NCBI GenBank assembly: GCA_030167865.1
Contig: JALAGF010002092.1
Coordinates: 1-44,169 of the forward strand
Direction: 5' to 3'
Length of the DNA stretch: 44,169 nt
Origin: Craspedostauros australis
Lineage: Eukaryota
Translations under genes and position numbers: made by a program
The notes under the pieces: model-generated
Databases searched by the model: none
Seen by the model: only the letters and a program-made list of their open reading frames with translations
What the model was told of the DNA's origin: nothing
Part shown: positions 33,777 through 44,169 of the stretch, one piece after another
Layout: the number at the start of each line of letters is the position of its first letter
Position numbering within the stretch: position 1 is the stretch's first letter

Positions 33777-35360
33777 TCTGTTTTGCTGATTTATCGACGT
33801 GTTGTCTTGTTATCTTGCTTCTCGATGCTGTTGTTGTCTTGTTATCTTGTTATCTTGTTGTTCACAGTGCCAACACCTGTGCCCTCTCGTCCGTGCGTGT
33901 GGTTGTGATGTCTGTGGTGGCTTCACTCCAAAAGCCGACACAGAATTCGTCGTTTGGGCCCAATGACGCAGCGCTCATGCTGTGGAGAGATACTGCCGAC
34001 AGCGTCGTGTTTGTTGATGCCTCCCTGTTCTGTTCGTTTTGGATTTGAATTCGATCGTTTTGATCGCGTTGGTCGAACACACTACGCATTCATGTCTAGA
34101 AATAGATGACGGACCGAAGCATTTGGATTTGCGCAGACGGTAGTTGCAGCCGCTGTCTCAAATGAGTATGCGCCCCTCGAGCAAGTCGACCTGTACTTTG
34201 CAATGGATCTCCTAACCATTATTTTGGATGTCCAAACCAAGTACATATTCGCAATCCTTGTAGTCTCCGTATTAATATTTAGCCTTTACATTTTTAGTTA
34301 GGTCCTATATTGAGGTTTATGGACTGATGGATGTGCGCATTTTCGATCGCTTCCGGGTTTCAGGGATGCACTTCCGACCACATCGATCTAACACTGAGAA
34401 GACAAGGACATACCTCCCAAGCTAAATGCTCTTCGCTTTCAGACGGCAGCCGCTTCGATCCTGTTTTCTTCTCGTCTCCGACCCATCATCCGTGCTTGTG
34501 CTCATGATCGTTGTACGTATCTGTGCAAGAATCATATCCCTTCATGACCCAGAGATAATTGCACTATTATATCGTTTATCTCAACACCGTGTTAAATTTT
34601 GAATGAGTTTATCCTACCACAGCCTACGTGAAAACTAAATATGTACCATCGTTTACTAGCGCTATTGTTGGAAACCACTGAAATTATGTATTACCCTACT
34701 TCAACATCTTCCATGGTAGATACCCCAATGTTCTTTGCAGATATGGACTCCGCACAAGCTGCAGATCCGTTTGACCCTCTTGGGAGAGTTTCCGTCTAGG
34801 CCAGTAATTTTATATGCAGCCTTCAAGTAGCAGCAAAATTCTCACAGTCGCTGCTTTCCGTCCTCATCCATTTTCTGTCTGTGGTCTTCATACACCCCCA
34901 TGATGCAGTTGGATGCTGTTCCCTCTCCCTTGTTGGGAGTGGAACGATGACATGTCCCTTTGCCTCCTCTGACAAATCACTGAGTGTTGGCTGTGATCTT
35001 TGTGTCCTACAGTCACAACAGGTGTTCGTGAAGTGGAAGACATCAACGCATGTGTTGCATTGAGTCCAACGAGTCCAGCGGGTCGTTTGAGAACTGCAAC
35101 GTGACAACAACACACGATTTGGCGCCACAACCAACACACATTTCCCTCTTTTGTTCCGTCGATTCTGAATCGCTATCATCAACACACACAATCAGTTTTC
35201 CCAGAAAGTCTCAAACACAAACAACGATGATTTGACGGGACGTCACTGTTTGACTGTCATCGCATCCGCACTCGCACAGTGTCATCGACGGGCAGAACCA
35301 ACCACCAGTGGCCGTACGAGTATCCGTATTCATACCAGTATTAGTCGCAGCTTTGCTCAG

Positions 35361-36863
35361 ATGAGAACGACCACCATGATGGAGACGAGATGGATCGCAT
35401 TGTGCATCGCGCTGAGCATGGCCGTCACCATGGCTGCCGCCAAGGCGCCTGACGTGTCCTCGATCTTGCTCAAGATGCATCGCAAGCACATCTCCCAACC
35501 ACCGCACGACACCACTCTGTACGATGTTCTGCAGGTGCGCTCCAACGCAACGACAGCCGAGATCACGAAGCAGTACCGCATGATGTCTCGCAAGTATCAC
35601 CCCGACAAGATCCGATCAACGCAGAAGAACGACACGGGCAGCACATACAAGTATGCCCAACAGAAGCTCGAAGATGTGCAGAAGGCCTACGAAGTCTTGA
35701 AGGACGATGCGACACGATTGATGTATCATCAATACGGAATCACGGACATGGCGATGGCCATCATGCTCATGGTGGGACCCGATGAGAGCATGGTCACGTC
35801 ACCAGCGTCGTTGAATCCGCGACAGCGGGAGCTACTGGAATGGATCGGGTACAACATGTCACCCAAAACCAACTCCCGCAACACTAAGTTCCAGACACCT
35901 GACCAGCACTTTGACAACTACCACCGCCGCTACGACGACCCCGGCGCGAATGCCAACACTTGCTGCAGGGCCGACCGCGATGAGCGCATTCGGTACATTA
36001 CAGCACGCCTGGCCGAACGTATCCGACCGTACATTGAGGGTACCGTGGAACGGTACATCTTCGTGCATCAGGTGGCTGCGGAATGCGATGCCTTGAAGCA
36101 TCTGCCCATGGGCGCGCAGGTCATGCGATGCATCGGGCGTGCGTACCGCCACGCAGGCCAATCTTACCTGTCCTCGAATGGCAATCCGCTGCGCAATAGT
36201 TGGCGCAAGATGAAGCATGTCGCCGAGGCGACGTACGTCAGTGGGCACGCCGTGGTGATGGAGAAAGTGTGGGGATTGCGAGAAGAACTGTGGAAGGAAC
36301 AGCAACGTCAACGCAAGCAGCGTCGACAGCGAAAGGAACAGTTGGAACGGGGCGGCGAGGGGAAGTCTTACTTGGATGGTGACATCGACAACAACAACGA
36401 CAATGACAACGATGTCAGTGATTTCGATATGGATTTGGAAGGTAATCAGCTCCTGTTGGATCATCACACCACGATGTTTGATGACTCAGACGGAGACGCC
36501 GTCAGCAACTACGACGAGGAAGACCTCCTCTTCCTGCGACAGTTCGAGGCCCGGCAAGCATTGCTGTTTGTGCTGCAAATGGAGGCCTTGTGGAAGGTCA
36601 CCAAGATAGAGATGGATGAAATCATTCAGGAAGCATGTCGCAAGGTGCTGTCGGGCGAAGGATACTACATGAATTTTGAGCAGCTGAATGGATGGGTCAC
36701 CTCGTCGCTGTCGTCATCATCGTCGTCGACATCATTCAAGAACACACCTTTGCCCACCGTCGTGGATTCCATCGTGGCGCGTGCCAAGGCTGCGGAGGCC
36801 ATGATTTTGATTGGCGATGTGATTGTGGCATGCACCAAGGAGGGAACATCATGGAAGAACTAG
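35361..36863 (+). CDS. DnaJ (J-domain) protein with DnaJ-X-like domain and predicted signal peptide
   Basis: LYDVLQV...EITKQYRMMSRKYHPDK...VQKAYEVLKDD..R..Y; then RLAERIRPYIEG...MGAQVMRCIGRAY...LWKVTKIEMDEIIQEACRKVL...AEAMILIGD (X-domain-like). N-terminus WIALCIALSMAVTMAAA. First in-frame ATG is 35361. Confidence 0.85.
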   Translation: MRTTTMMETRWIALCIALSMAVTMAAAKAPDVSSILLKMHRKHISQPPHDTTLYDVLQVRSNATTAEITKQYRMMSRKYHPDKIRSTQKNDTGSTYKYAQQKLEDVQKAYEVLKDDATRLMYHQYGITDMAMAIMLMVGPDESMVTSPASLNPRQRELLEWIGYNMSPKTNSRNTKFQTPDQHFDNYHRRYDDPGANANTCCRADRDERIRYITARLAERIRPYIEGTVERYIFVHQVAAECDALKHLPMGAQVMRCIGRAYRHAGQSYLSSNGNPLRNSWRKMKHVAEATYVSGHAVVMEKVWGLREELWKEQQRQRKQRRQRKEQLERGGEGKSYLDGDIDNNNDNDNDVSDFDMDLEGNQLLLDHHTTMFDDSDGDAVSNYDEEDLLFLRQFEARQALLFVLQMEALWKVTKIEMDEIIQEACRKVLSGEGYYMNFEQLNGWVTSSLSSSSSSTSFKNTPLPTVVDSIVARAKAAEAMILIGDVIVACTKEGTSWKN

Positions 36864-37148
36864 GAGTGTAACTACACCATGCTCCACTCGTACGAATCAA
36901 CCAATCTATTATATTTGCGCAAGATATAGATGGCAGCAATGGTGACGGGGAAGGTGGACGCACGTCGTATGAGTAGTAGTAATCCGCGTTGGTCGTTTTT
37001 GGAAGGATCCAACTATTGTACTCGTGCTCTGCGTTGCGTGATGACCACTCACAAGGATAGCATGGTAAAGCAACATCTAGAGGAATAGCAATACTGAGCG
37101 AATGCAAAAACATCGACGATGATGCATGAACACAGAGGCATGTTCATA

Positions 37149-38605
37149 TCATGTTGAATCTGCTACACTCTCATCGACACGATCACGTCCATCCGTCCGC
37201 CGCCGGTACTGGTGCAGCTCTTTCTACTCCAGAACAGCTCTCATCGCTTGCCGCCATCAACAACCCGATCGACGTAGCTTTCCACGTCTTCGAAGCGAAT
37301 GGAATCTCTCTCTGTGCCAATTCCTCCTTCAGTTGTGTGATGCCACCCTCATTCTCCGCAGTTGAGCATGAATCATACGTACCAGTATCCGCAGCGTCAT
37401 CAATCGTCTTCCGAATTTGTGGACGACTCGACAGTGATTACTTCTCTCTTGATCGCTATCGCTAGCCCTGACGCAGTCACCCGTTGCCTGACCTTGCGGG
37501 CCTGCGATGGTCTCAGTTCCGCGATGTGTTCCACAGCCAAACTCTCCCCTGCCATGGCCTTCTCCATCGCATCATCTTCCGCCGACATCATCGCGGCATC
37601 CTGCGATAGGATGTGCTCCAGCTACTTCACCAACACTGCCTTCTTCGAGTTTGTGACAATCGTCTGGCCTCGACAATGTAACTCGCTCTTGATTTCACGA
37701 ATGGTGAGCCTTCCAGGCCGGTTGGCCTGCAATCGTTGCGCCACTGATTCCGGTGCACAGCGCGAATTGAATGGAACGCAATTCTCTTTCTCTGTGCTAG
37801 TGTGAGACATGGTATGGGATGCGGTGCGAGATATGGCGTCTGCCTTTGCTATCTTCGCTACCTTCGTTACCTTCGCTGTCTGTGTTGTCTTCGTTGACTT
37901 CGCTGCATTGGTGATCACCGTGCTCTTCCGGTCAATGCCATACACCGGTTGACATTTGGGGCAAGCGTAACACCTGCGATTCGCGATCTGCCAGGTCTGG
38001 ATGTGAGTGGAACAGCGGGGACATCTGGAGGTGTTGTAGATGCACCGTCGCAGTCTCGGCCTGCCCAATGCCTTGGCTTCAGCAGGATCCACGGTCAGGA
38101 TGGGACCCGTCTCGAATCCACGTCATAGCACTGCGACGGTGTGTGCCCACGCCCGGTTGCATTGGGAGCGCTCCAGTGCCCTGCCCAGCACGCCAGGATG
38201 CACGCCCGCCTTGAACAGGATCTCCGCACGGTAGATGTTCCCAGGACCAGCAAAGTAGCTCTGATCCATCAGCAATGCACCGATGGATTTCTTGGATCTC
38301 TGGATTCCCTGCCACAACGCTTCTGGATTGGCATCGGCACGCAAGGGATCTTCGCCCAACTTGGATCGTTTGTCATTGTACAACGACATGTCGCCGTGCT
38401 GCACGGTCATGGTTGCCAGATCGGCCACAATATCATCAGACTCCAAACGTAAGCGGTTCGTTTTGGTTGGTTCTGGTGGTGGATCTTCCTTGCTGTAGTT
38501 GTACGGGTACACCACCCAGCTGCCTGCCATTCCAAAATGCACGTGCACCACAACAGGATCGCCAGCACCGTCAGGATCGTGTTGGAGAATGCGGTGAGGA
38601 TCCTG
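37149..38605 (-). pseudogene. Fpg/Nei (endonuclease VIII-like) DNA glycosylase pseudogene with zinc finger and two SAP/HeH-like motifs
   Basis: VVHVHFGMAG, KLGEDPLR, SIGALLMDQSYFAGPGNIYRAEILFKAGVHP (H2TH), CPRC...CYACPKCQP. In-frame TGA at 38123-38125, in-frame TAG at 37622-37624, frameshift near 37402; no N-terminal catalytic segment found upstream. Confidence 0.85.
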
Positions 38606-40640
38606 GAATCATGGCGGGCTTGGCTGATCTCATTCCACTTGGTACCGCAGGCACACGGCGCATACTTGGTCTGCGAGTAATCTTGAACGAATGCGTTATT
38701 GCTGTCGAATCGATGCTCGCTGGAATGGAATCTGCGCGTGTGGTTGCCATCGTGTCCATCGATTTGGTTGTTGGATGAGGTGATTCCTCGTGAAGTATCC
38801 AAAAATCTCTCGAACAAGACCAAAACTTTTGAGAGAGAGATGGCGCTCGTCGTTTGAGTGAAGCATCATGCCTCACACGAAACATGCGCAAATCGACCAG
38901 CGCTCCCGCTGTGCTCTGTGTTTTGCAACCAACGTGAGCTGGTCTGCCGTCGCTCTCGCTCTCTCTGTCTTCTGTTTCTCTGTTTGGAGTGTTGATGAAG
39001 AGGTTTGACCGGCTATTTTCGGAATTGCTGCCGTCGTTTCGGCACCTCGCTTGTCGACGCCAGTCACACCAGTTTCCTTTCACATTTGAGTTTCTCCGAG
39101 CCCCACTTGACACAAAAACGCCGATGGGCGATGAGCCTGAGGTTGGTCTTGGTCTTGGTCTTGTTCTCGGCTGTTCTCCTCATCGCGCACACGTTCACGA
39201 AAGTCTCACTCACAGTTCCGCAAGGATTCATGACCTGATAGAGACACTTTTTGAGGGGCGGCGTGTGAGCTTCCCCCCTCGGCGAGCTGAGCCGATTTCA
39301 GTTCGTGTGCTCCGGACTGAAGTGTTCTCAGCTCGTACGACTACAGTCCCGGAAAAATGTCACTTCCACGCGTAAACAAGCAACAGCCAATCATGATGCT
39401 TCATTTTGGAAGTTTTGGTCGTTCTTGTCAGTAATGTAAAGCTATGTTTGTGGCGATGCTACACTGTATGCATTTGTTTTCAGACAACGACATCCAAGAG
39501 AACAACAATAACACGTCCATTACGTCATACTATCATCTCTACCTATTTTATGGCCATAATTCACAATCTCTGAACACCCATGACCAAAATAGGACATTGT
39601 CAAGCTGGAGCTGAAGTGGACTTGTCTGAATTCGATGTCTATGTCGTGGCAAAGACTCAACATCGCTCGATTTAATCAAAGAAGGAATGTGTTTCGAAAC
39701 AATCCTGTGCAGTTTCGGGACTCGAGCGTGAATGCGAACTGTGACATGACGAAGGGGCCAAGGGAGCTCAAGGCGAAAGTTCTCCCACGAATGAGCAATT
39801 CTCCCCCGGTTACTCTGTTCCACAAGGTGGGTTTGCGCACGCACAAGCAAAGGAGCGGAGGGAGTGTTCATCTGTCGTTGATGCAGCAACAATACCACAG
39901 GGTCCATCGCGCTAGTCTTCTCTGTGTCTGTCACAGCATTTGCGTGTGCGTGCGCGTCTGCGAGGATCGCTGCCTTGCCTTCGACAACATCCCCATTTCT
40001 CTCATAAAAACAATCGACGAACAGATTGTACAGCATCACCACACGGCAATCGACAAGCATCGCCAGGTGATCGCAAGCCTCTTTCCGGCCAAAGCCAGAT
40101 ACAAACCAAAGGTACGTTACGCGCATCGATCAATTGCAGACGCAGGTTGGCAAGATGAATGAGTGTCTGCATGGCGAGGAGCCAATGACGGGAGGATTCG
40201 TTCGCCGCACTCGTCCTATCCCACACAGCGTGCTGCCTCAAGCAGAGGCACACTTTGGGAGCATGAGCATCACCGGCAGTATCTGGGGAGGACGCTCCTA
40301 TTGGATCAGCTGCGATCGTCATGGGAGATGTGATGCATACTGATGCCACGCGCCCCCGACGCGTGTCATTCCGATCACATGCTTGTTTTGCATGTTGGTG
40401 GCGTGCGGTGCCATTGCCACCGACTTTGCTCTACTCTGCTCTGCCCAGTACATTGCTGCTACGTTCTGCTGCTCTGCTCTGCTCAACTCAATCCCACACC
40501 TTTCGTACCCCACCGGTACGAGTACTTATGCTCCCGCTCTCCACACTGCTCCGCGCCGCGCTGCTCTATCCGTGCCGAACATGAAATTGAATCACAGCAC
40601 ACAATCCAAGCAACCGACAATCAGCAACCGACAAGCAACC

Positions 40641-43502
40641 ATGATCCGTATGATCAACATGAAGGCAGCCATCGTGGCTGTTCTCTTCCTCTCCAACATG
40701 GCGTTGACTCACGCCGTGCTCCGTGGCAACCGGACCCCCTTGGATCCAACTAAGGAACTCCGCACGGCGATGAACAAGATCCGCGCTCTCAAGGTCGGCG
40801 CTGATGACAACGCGAAGGCGGCGAAACAAAACAAGGCCGAACGAGAGCCACCCACAGACAACCCGGGTGCTCCCGAGACCTCTGCGCCAACAGCGTTGCC
40901 GACTAGATCGCCGACTGCCGGACCCACGGGTCCTCCGACTGCCTCGCCGACGCATGAACAAACATCTGACCCAGACTCCTTCGATGCCACCATCGAAGTC
41001 GCTTGTAAGCCAGACGGTGCCACCGCCCTTGCCGAAACCAGCTCCAAGACCATCATCTGCGATGCCACCAAGCCATCCTGCCGCGAGGCCGTGACAGCCG
41101 TGAAGGAATCCGCAGAACTGCAAAACTTCTTCGCGTGCGCTGGAGACCTCGGCGAAGGAGCCGCGCGCAAGCTCTTCAACAAGTACGCAACGGACGCCGT
41201 GCTCGCTGAGCAACTCACGATGATCGCTGCCACCAACGCGATCCTCGTCACCGAACGTCCGGATGCCATGAAGGCAGCATGCGCCTCCATCGCTGCAATG
41301 CAATCGCCTGTCGTCGCCGATCCATGCTGCCAGGGATCCTCGGGGTGTACTTCTGCCTCCGCTTCCGCTTCCAGCTCTCCACCGTTCATGACCGTCGCCA
41401 TCACTGGTTGCACTGGTGACAGTGCATGCAAGAACATCGGACCCAATCCCCTCATCCTGGACTCGTCGTGCACTGGCGAGAGTGCATGCGAATCCATGAA
41501 TGAAAATGATCTCAATCCATCCGTTGTGGGAGTCACTTTCGTGGGTGAAGCCTCATGCACCAATGCAGGATCATGTGAGGGAGTAGGGCATCGCTCTTAT
41601 GGGAATGTCGTCGTCCTGGACGCCTCTTGCGTTGGTCCAGATGCATGCAACGCAGCCGGACGCCGCAGTCAGCAGAAGACCTCCAACCGTTTCCCAAGCC
41701 ACATCAACATCGGACCGAATGCATGCGTTGGCATCGATGCCTGCAAGGATACCCATTCTACAGTCAATTATGGCACTGCCGGCAAGCGCGAAGGAAGCCT
41801 GACCATTGGCGATGGCAGTTGCACAAAGGATCGCTCCTGCGAGAAGATTGGCTTCAACGACAGGTTGGGAATGGATATCATCGTTGCTCCTGGTGAGTGC
41901 AGTGTCGCCGGCACCTGCAGGGGATGCATCACCGCAGAAGACTGCGACAACGGTGGGGCGTATCTCATCAGCAACACCGATGGAGCTTGCCCCAAGGGAG
42001 ACAGCAGCTCCGGTGGCAATCTGACTGGAAAGAAGGTGGAGGAGTACTGTGTTGGGAAAGACACTTTGCCCACGGAAACCCCAACATTCTTTCCAACTCC
42101 TCTCCCGACCATCACAAGAAGACCAACCAACAGTCCAACTGTCTTTGGGTCAGCCATACCGAGCACAGTTCCGTCCGAGGCCCCTTCCAGAATTCCTTCC
42201 GAACATCCATCCGATTTCCCAAGCTCACTGCCTTCGGACAACCCAAGTTCACTCCCGTCAGACGCTCCATCTGACCAACCATCTGATCTTCCGTCCCACC
42301 AACCGTCCTCAATGCCGACTGAAACCCCATCTGACAGCCCATCGACTGTGCCATCAGACATCCCCAGCCTATCGATTGTGCCATCAGACACCCCCAGCCT
42401 AGCTCCTTCGGAATCCATTGCTCCAACTGAAGTACCAACGATCACGATGGCGCCAACTCCTTTCCTAGTCACCATTCAAGTTGGCTGTCTCGAAACTCCT
42501 GGAGATGAATCATCGACATTCAACCCCGTTGTCGACGTAGTCAGCTGCGATGGCCCGACCGGAACATGTGCCGACTTCGTCGATTCTATCAACAGACTCG
42601 ACGATGGCAAAGCCAAGATGATCAAAAGTATCTTTGGCTGCGGACCATCAGGTATGGCTGTGTCGCAGGAGGTGGCCCAGAAACGCTTCAACAGTATGAA
42701 GAATGACGCGGAGGTGACCCAACTGTTGTTGACAACAGTGGCGACCAAGAATTTCTTCACTGGTGGTGGACCCCAGTTGACGGCAGCTTGCAATGGCAAC
42801 TGCTGCACAGGAAACAACGCGTGTGTGGTCAGTCCTTCCACTGGTGTGATGACGATTACCGAAAGTTCATGCATGGTCGCAGCGAGTACCTGCAATCTTG
42901 TGGTCGAAAACGCTATTATCATTGACAGCTGCACCACCAACAGTCCAAGTTCCAACGAGGCCTGCGCCAACTTTGGTACGTTCACCACGGCCCCAAACTC
43001 GGCTGCCCAGCTTGGCTACAAAGTGATTGGGCCAAATGCTTGCAAAGGTGTGGCAAATTGCAAGGCCATGGGCAAAGACGTCTATGGTAATGTGAGAGTC
43101 GCAGAAAGGGCTTGCTCTAGCGGACCGAATTCTTGCCTAAACCTGGGGCAACGTAAGAGTCAAGGCAATATCGCATCACCAATCCGAGTCGACATTAGTA
43201 TCGAGACCAACGCGTGCCGAGGTTTCAGCGCTTGCGTATCGATGTATAAAAATACTGCCATCACAACGGGAAGTGTTGCCGTCAAGAAGAATGCATGCAG
43301 CGGAGTTTCCGCGTGCCGTGATCTTCATCAGGGCGGGATTGGAGGCAACGACATTGTCATCGAAGAAGGAGCCTGCGCTGGAGCTGTTGTGTGCGAAGAC
43401 TGCTTGGAGAACGTCCGGTCATGTGCTTTGTCCTCAGAAACATACACCATCAGCACCCCAAAGGTTGGTTGTCCTGGTCCAGAACAATCTTCGTGCAGCT
43501 AA
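40641..43502 (+). CDS. Secreted cysteine-rich, Pro/Thr/Ser-stalked (mucin-like) cell-surface or extracellular protein with an internal duplication
   Basis: Signal peptide MKAAIVAVLFLSNMALTHA followed by VLRG; PT/PS linkers (PTxxPT, PSxxPS); two homologous Cys-rich domains with repeated (S/A)C-x5-C units; no TM segment seen. Start placed at ATG 40641 or the next Met, not the ORF-track start 40383. Confidence 0.88.
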   Translation: MIRMINMKAAIVAVLFLSNMALTHAVLRGNRTPLDPTKELRTAMNKIRALKVGADDNAKAAKQNKAEREPPTDNPGAPETSAPTALPTRSPTAGPTGPPTASPTHEQTSDPDSFDATIEVACKPDGATALAETSSKTIICDATKPSCREAVTAVKESAELQNFFACAGDLGEGAARKLFNKYATDAVLAEQLTMIAATNAILVTERPDAMKAACASIAAMQSPVVADPCCQGSSGCTSASASASSSPPFMTVAITGCTGDSACKNIGPNPLILDSSCTGESACESMNENDLNPSVVGVTFVGEASCTNAGSCEGVGHRSYGNVVVLDASCVGPDACNAAGRRSQQKTSNRFPSHINIGPNACVGIDACKDTHSTVNYGTAGKREGSLTIGDGSCTKDRSCEKIGFNDRLGMDIIVAPGECSVAGTCRGCITAEDCDNGGAYLISNTDGACPKGDSSSGGNLTGKKVEEYCVGKDTLPTETPTFFPTPLPTITRRPTNSPTVFGSAIPSTVPSEAPSRIPSEHPSDFPSSLPSDNPSSLPSDAPSDQPSDLPSHQPSSMPTETPSDSPSTVPSDIPSLSIVPSDTPSLAPSESIAPTEVPTITMAPTPFLVTIQVGCLETPGDESSTFNPVVDVVSCDGPTGTCADFVDSINRLDDGKAKMIKSIFGCGPSGMAVSQEVAQKRFNSMKNDAEVTQLLLTTVATKNFFTGGGPQLTAACNGNCCTGNNACVVSPSTGVMTITESSCMVAASTCNLVVENAIIIDSCTTNSPSSNEACANFGTFTTAPNSAAQLGYKVIGPNACKGVANCKAMGKDVYGNVRVAERACSSGPNSCLNLGQRKSQGNIASPIRVDISIETNACRGFSACVSMYKNTAITTGSVAVKKNACSGVSACRDLHQGGIGGNDIVIEEGACAGAVVCEDCLENVRSCALSSETYTISTPKVGCPGPEQSSCS
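42067..42462 (+). repeat. Coding PSxx/PTxx tetrapeptide (12-bp period) repeat
   Basis: PTETPTFFPTPLPT...PSTVPSEAPSRIPSEHPSDFPSSLPSDNPSSLPSDAPSDQPSDLPSHQPSSMPTETPSDSPSTVPSDIPS. Confidence 0.9.
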
Positions 43503-43829
43503 GACTGGCACGAAATAACACAATCATAATAAGGATATTGCTTGTGTCGACATGCTGCTACAACTGCTATATCCACTTGTACTCAGACACAAAATGAGCA
43601 CGAGTACTAACGCGAGTGCTGTATGATGGAATGGTACAGCGCTGCTCTCACTCTATCTGATACCACGGGTGTACGAGCTTGCTTCGGCGGTTGGGGCAGT
43701 TGTTTGCGAAGGTGCGGTGAGATGTGATGGCTCTGCACCAAATCCTCAAAATTTCAAGAGCCCTGTGGCACCGACTATTATCCCGTTACGACCGGAGCTT
43801 AACGCCCATATCCATAATGACGTTTTTCT

Positions 43830-43903
43830 TGCGTCCGGACGCATTCTCTACGTAGCTTGCGTCCGGACGCAAATTGAACGCTCAGTTTGCGTCCGGACGC
43901 AAA
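43830..43903. repeat. Three copies of the palindrome TGCGTCCGGACGCA with different spacers, running into an assembly gap
   Basis: Cores at 43830-43843, 43858-43871 and 43888-43901 (periods 28 and 30 bp); the palindrome extends to 16 and 18 bp in copies 2 and 3. Confidence 0.9.
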
Positions 43904-43904
43904 T

Positions 43905-44009
43905 NNNNNNNNNNNNNNNNNNNNNNNNNNNNNNNNNNNNNNNNNNNNNNNNNNNNNNNNNNNNNNNNNNNNNNNNNNNNNNNNNNNNNNNNNNNNNNNN
44001 NNNNNNNNN
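43905..44009. other. Assembly gap (105 N)
   Basis: Run of N bases. Confidence 1.
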
Positions 44010-44169
44010 CCGATTTCGGTCCGAAACCCGAAAGTGGGTTGTTTTTTTTCTGACTCCTTCGAGTAACACATTTATTTGGCGATTTAAAAAAAAAACCTCG
44101 CGATGCAGCACGGCGTCATTGGTCATGTCTCAGGGGTTCCTTTCCGTGCGCCTGACTTGCTTTTCTGAC

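Noticed and set aside
38123-38125. In-frame TGA as selenocysteine or readthrough
   Set aside because: Not a Cys position, and the same gene also has a TAG stop, a frameshift and a missing N-terminus; pseudogenisation is simpler.
43830-43903. CRISPR array
   Set aside because: Repeats (14-18 bp) and spacers (16 bp or less) are too short, the context is eukaryotic and there are no cas genes.
1-44169. tRNA, rRNA, snRNA genes and transposase or reverse-transcriptase ORFs
   Set aside because: None recognised by eye; a covariance-model search (tRNAscan-SE, Infernal/Rfam) is needed to exclude small RNAs.

Overview
Gene-dense eukaryotic nuclear DNA, most likely from a diatom (inferred from short GT-AG introns, strong GC3 codon bias and protein families I recognise from diatoms); not a prokaryotic window. 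It holds about 14 apparently intact protein-coding genes: a truncated MerA/DLD-like flavoprotein, a 7-exon TDT/SLAC1 anion channel, a METTL21-like methyltransferase, HELLS/DDM1, an OGT-like GT41, SOF1/DCAF13, a Ser/Lys-rich RVxF-motif protein, RPT2, a sugar porter, a JmjC oxygenase, a vWA-alpha-kinase, APC10, a DnaJ/DnaJ-X protein and a secreted Cys-rich mucin-like protein. Two further genes are disrupted: a BTB gene with a 1-bp frameshift and an Fpg/Nei glycosylase pseudogene with several lesions. A short palindromic repeat array runs into an assembly gap. Best leads: (1) an O-GlcNAc-transferase-like GT41 with a signal peptide and C-terminal SDEL, i.e. apparently moved to the ER lumen; (2) an alpha-kinase lacking all its zinc ligands; (3) a secreted protein with two duplicated C-x5-C repeat domains separated by Pro/Thr/Ser stalks; (4) E2F-like palindromes at HELLS. 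All family calls are by motif recognition; no searches were run.
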